Source: Penicillus capitatus (lineage: Eukaryota; Plantae; Chlorophyta). Taken from it: 64,000 bases of DNA. Shown here piece after piece: positions 60,854 to 64,000 of the stretch (positions within the stretch are counted from its first letter, which is position 1; every line of letters starts with the position of its first letter). The stretch covers positions 539,101 through 603,100 of the forward strand of contig OZ287696.1 of assembly GCA_965649825.1 (NCBI GenBank), read 5' to 3'. The position numbers were made by a program, and so were the translations under genes. The notes under the pieces are model-generated. The model saw only the letters and a list, made by a program, of their open reading frames with translations, did no database searches and was not told where the DNA came from.

Positions 60854-62842
60854 ATGCCTCCACGTAAACCTGTCTTTAAGCGTGCGTTGCCTGGCGCAAT
60901 AGACGCGAATGCCGAGAAACGCCGAAAGAAAAAACCGAGGCGGCATCTTTGTGCACGTCTCTTGCACAGACAGAGCGCTGAGATCGTCGCACACGTTCTG
61001 CAGTCGGATCGGGAGAAGAGGCACACGGCAACGATTAAGAGCTTGACCTTGGCTCCACACATCGCAGAGAAAAAAGCCACGCATGCCATTGTCTGCGAGA
61101 CATTGCGATGTACCAGAACTCCTCTGTCGCAATTCTTGCGCAAATACCGTCTCTTGCGTAACAGACTATGCAGTATTGAGCGAGATTCTTGATAGGAGTG
61201 GGGAGAGAGCAAGTATTACGCAAGTAAAGATCGATGCAGGTGACGGTGCAATGCCATGCTTTGCTTTACAGTACATGGACATGAGTTGCGCTTATGTCTT
61301 GATGTACGATATGCTCTTTGGGCAGGTGATCTGCTTTGCCGCCACATTATCGATGGTATACCTTTGTGTTTAGGGATTAAGAGAAGAAGGGATCGCCGAA
61401 TGCCAACTGTTGCAATTGAAGGTGGAGCAATGCGATGGGCAGAGACACTTGACGAAGGTTCTTTCTCTAGACGAAGTTCCAGTCTGCTCTCAGAGTCTTA
61501 ATGCAAGAGAAAGGGGTCGAAGTGTGTGACCTGTCTTATCGATCGTGGTGTGACTGTGTCCTTGCGCGTAGCGACCGACGGAGTTAGTGTTGTGTCGGCC
61601 CAAGGCACGTCCACGCTATGCACGTGTCAATACACTGAAGATCTCCGTGCGTGAGGCCACCAAGAACTACATCGAGGTAGTACCGGCATATCCGTTTTAA
61701 ACTCCCTTATGCTTGATCTCTGCGGTGCGCAGAGCTGGAGGCCGACGGGATGTCCTTGGATGCCTGATGTTTTGAAGTTTCCGCCAGAAGCTGAACTGCA
61801 TGATGACCAGCTCGTGCAAAGCGGAGCGCTTGTGTTGCAGGTTGCTGTTTTTGAGAGAGGAAGATCGTTTTCTATAATGGTTTTCGCGGTTAAGGGATTG
61901 GGAAGCTGCATAGCGGCGCATGTCTTAGCACCGGAGAAAAACTGGAAAGTCTTGGATGCCTGTTCTGCGCCAGGAAATAAGACAACGCACTTATCTGCAC
62001 TCATGCACAATACTGGGCGGATTGTGGCACTCGACAACGACCTGAGAAGATTCAGAAGACTCGAAACGAATGTCCGTCTGGCAGAAGCCAACAACGTCCT
62101 CTGCAAAATGGTGCCGTCAGTTGAGAGCATTAACATCGACGATGTTTATTGGTGAGCAGATGGACTTCTTGACGATCGATCCTTGTGCAGAGGAGTACAA
62201 AGAGTTTGACGCCATACTGTTGGATCCTTCTTGTAGCGGCTCCGGAACAGCATTCTCCCGTCAAGATGACGTCCTGCCGTCTTCGCGGCAAAGTGTGTAC
62301 TGCCTCTGCATCACGTCCTCGAAGACGTCAAACTGCTACACCAGGAAACTCATGGCGTGACAGAACAGAGCGCGAGAGGATTCAGCGACTCGCTGCATTT
62401 CAAGTGTGCTTGTATCATGTCAATAACCGTAAGAATGACGGTGTCTGCTGGACAGACCAAGGCACTGATGCATGCCCTACGATTTCCCAAGGTCCAACGC
62501 ATCGTTTACTCCACATGTTCTGTTTTCGAAGAGGAGAATGAATGCGTCGTGAAGGCTGTTCTGTCACTGGCACAGCAACAAGGATTCTTTCTGAAAGTGC
62601 TGTCCTCTTAATGAAGATGCCGTGTGGAGATCATCTTTCATCGCCGCATCTTTAGGCACCGTTGCCCGATTGGCCAAGGAGAGGACATCTGCTTTACGAT
62701 GGATGCGAGCATTTCTTGCGCATTGGTGCGTTGGTTCAACACGCGTGAGCACCTAACCGTTTGATTTTGATTTACAGATCCGGATCGAGACAACGCAGAT
62801 GGATTCTTCATTGCGCTCTTCACACGTTCATCTCCTCACTGA
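60854..62842 (+). CDS. NSUN5: rRNA m5C methyltransferase, NOL1/NOP2/Sun family, NSUN5/Rcm1 type
   Basis: PRYARVNTLK, VLDACSAPGNKTTHL, ILLDPSCSGSG, VYSTCSVFEEENE, DGFFIALF. Confidence 0.9.
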
Positions 62843-63532
62843 ATCCTCGACATCGAACGGTTGTGTAATTGCCTTACCTATCGCCAAAACGCATCTCCTT
62901 TGTCTCCATCCACAATCAGGAGGCATTGTCTCACTTGATTCGCGTGAAGACTGTCGAGGAACTCCGTCAGTCGTAGTGTCTTGCCAGAATTCAGATCAGA
63001 CGTTCCAAAGATATCTTCCAGTTGTGCATCCATCATATCTCTCCCGTATCGCAAATACAGAATCTGCATGGCTTCTTCCAGCGACACCCGTCCACTGAAG
63101 CTCTTATCGTTCATCACGAATTCGGTGAGATTGAACAGGCGACGCGGTTCCCGTCCAGATCGATCGCTCCTGCATCGATGGTACATCCTCTGGAATTCAT
63201 TCCAATCGACAGCACCGTCACAATCCTCATCCACTTCCCAAATCATATCCTCCACTTCGCCCTTGCGTTCATCCAAACAGACAGAGATATCACACATGGG
63301 TATCAACCCGCTGTCTAGACGCTCACCCGTTTCGTCTTGTGGCCCAGAATGGCGAAGATGTCCTTAAGCTCCTCCAGATCGATCTTGCCATCTGCCTTTC
63401 GATCCAACGTCTGGAACGCTCTCTTCAGATCATCCGCCTCGTTCTTTCGCGCGAATCGTTCCTAAACAGTCCCATCTTACAGAGAAGCCAGAGGTGCAGC
63501 CATGCACATACCCTTGCCGTCTCGCTCGCCAT
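62836..63532 (-). CDS. DC3: EF-hand protein, outer dynein arm docking complex subunit 3-like
   Basis: KADGKIDLEEL, EVEDMIWEVDEDCD, YHRCRSDRSGREPRRLFN, VSLEEAMQILYLRYGR, FGTSDLNSGKTL match my recollection of Chlamydomonas ODA-DC3. Last exon ambiguous. Confidence 0.8.
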
Positions 63533-63620
63533 CGCAATCGAAACATACGCGTCTGGAAGTTGACGATCGCGAAATCACATCTTTATTTGTTGTCAAATCG
63601 ATTTGCTCTGCGGACAGACG

Positions 63621-64000
63621 ATGCCGAACGCGTCCTGCATCGAGACGCCGCTTCTCAAAGTGCGTCGCCTGTTATCTCCATATCCAGCTTTGCCGCAACG
63701 ACGGTGCAGGTTCCTTTCGAATCGCTAAAGAGAGCCGCGAAGGAACGCAAGTCTATCGTGGACGAAGCCACACGCGCTTTATCCGGAATTGCGTCGCTGA
63801 CACAAGAAACGGACGTCACACAAGAACATGCTGCCGCTCAGTTGGGGACATTGGTTGAGAAGCTATCCAGTCTGAAACGCAAAGTGTGATATCGACATCT
63901 CACTTTCTGACCGTTCAGTTATCTGTGCGACCAGCTCGAGGATGTTTCCGTGACAGAACAGGAAGGAGCAGAACGGTCGCAGGCTCGACTGAAGTATCTG
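63621..64000 (+). CDS. MAEA: CTLH/GID complex subunit MAEA/GID9-like (3' partial)
   Basis: IETPLLK-VPFESLKRAAKERK...LVEKLSSLKRK...ARLKYL. Confidence 0.72.

Noticed and set aside
4648-63000. Introns as an introner or MITE family, suggested by uniform length and AG|G flanks
   Set aside because: Intron bodies show no mutual similarity or terminal inverted repeats by eye beyond the short TGATGTGAC motif. An all-versus-all alignment would be needed to exclude old families.
1-64000. Non-canonical code (TAA/TAG = Gln), as in some ulvophyceans, suggested by the ML in-frame TAA, a Gln-rich run broken by TAA near 16697 and VPS22 ending TAA-TGA
   Set aside because: Long conserved exons (MLH1 587 aa, JmjC last exon 379 aa, RPT3) contain no in-frame TAA/TAG, and DHS, ALDH and PLAC8 end at TAA/TAG at plausible positions.
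1-64000. CRISPR arrays, rRNA, telomeric arrays, intact transposases or reverse transcriptases
   Set aside because: I saw no repeat-spacer structure, rRNA-like sequence, tandem TTTAGGG or TE protein motifs.

Overview
This is eukaryotic nuclear DNA from a very compact chlorophyte (green algal) genome. It is about 50% GC, uses the standard genetic code and holds roughly 40 genes in 64 kb, most split by short introns (44-62 nt where I measured them). Green-lineage evidence is an isoamylase, a Ycf49-like protein, ALDH22, an F-box/JmjC/kinase-like protein and TGTAA poly(A) signals. An outer dynein arm docking-complex DC3 gene suggests a flagellated stage. I cannot name the species. Recognisable genes include an aurora-like kinase, a thiamine-PP carrier, RPT3, methionine synthase reductase, hnRNP F/H, deoxyhypusine synthase, PNO1, Tubby, AATF, ISA2-like isoamylase, three ML/NPC2-domain paralogs, TAF10, ORP/OSBP, aquaporin, VPS22, MLH1, SWAP, NSUN5 and MAEA. 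I found no rRNA, tRNA, CRISPR array or intact mobile element. The most unusual signals are in gene architecture: (1) highly degenerate 5' splice sites, at least six GC-AG introns and an intron-enriched TGATGTGAC motif; (2) same-strand gene pairs only 18-75 bp apart, several with no poly(A) signal between them (bicistronic candidates); (3) an ML paralog with an in-frame stop and a decayed sulfotransferase; (4) a GC-rich island confined to the OSBP gene; (5) an intronless MLH1 lacking the C-terminal FERC motif. Gene models were assembled by eye and family calls come from recalled motifs, not database searches.
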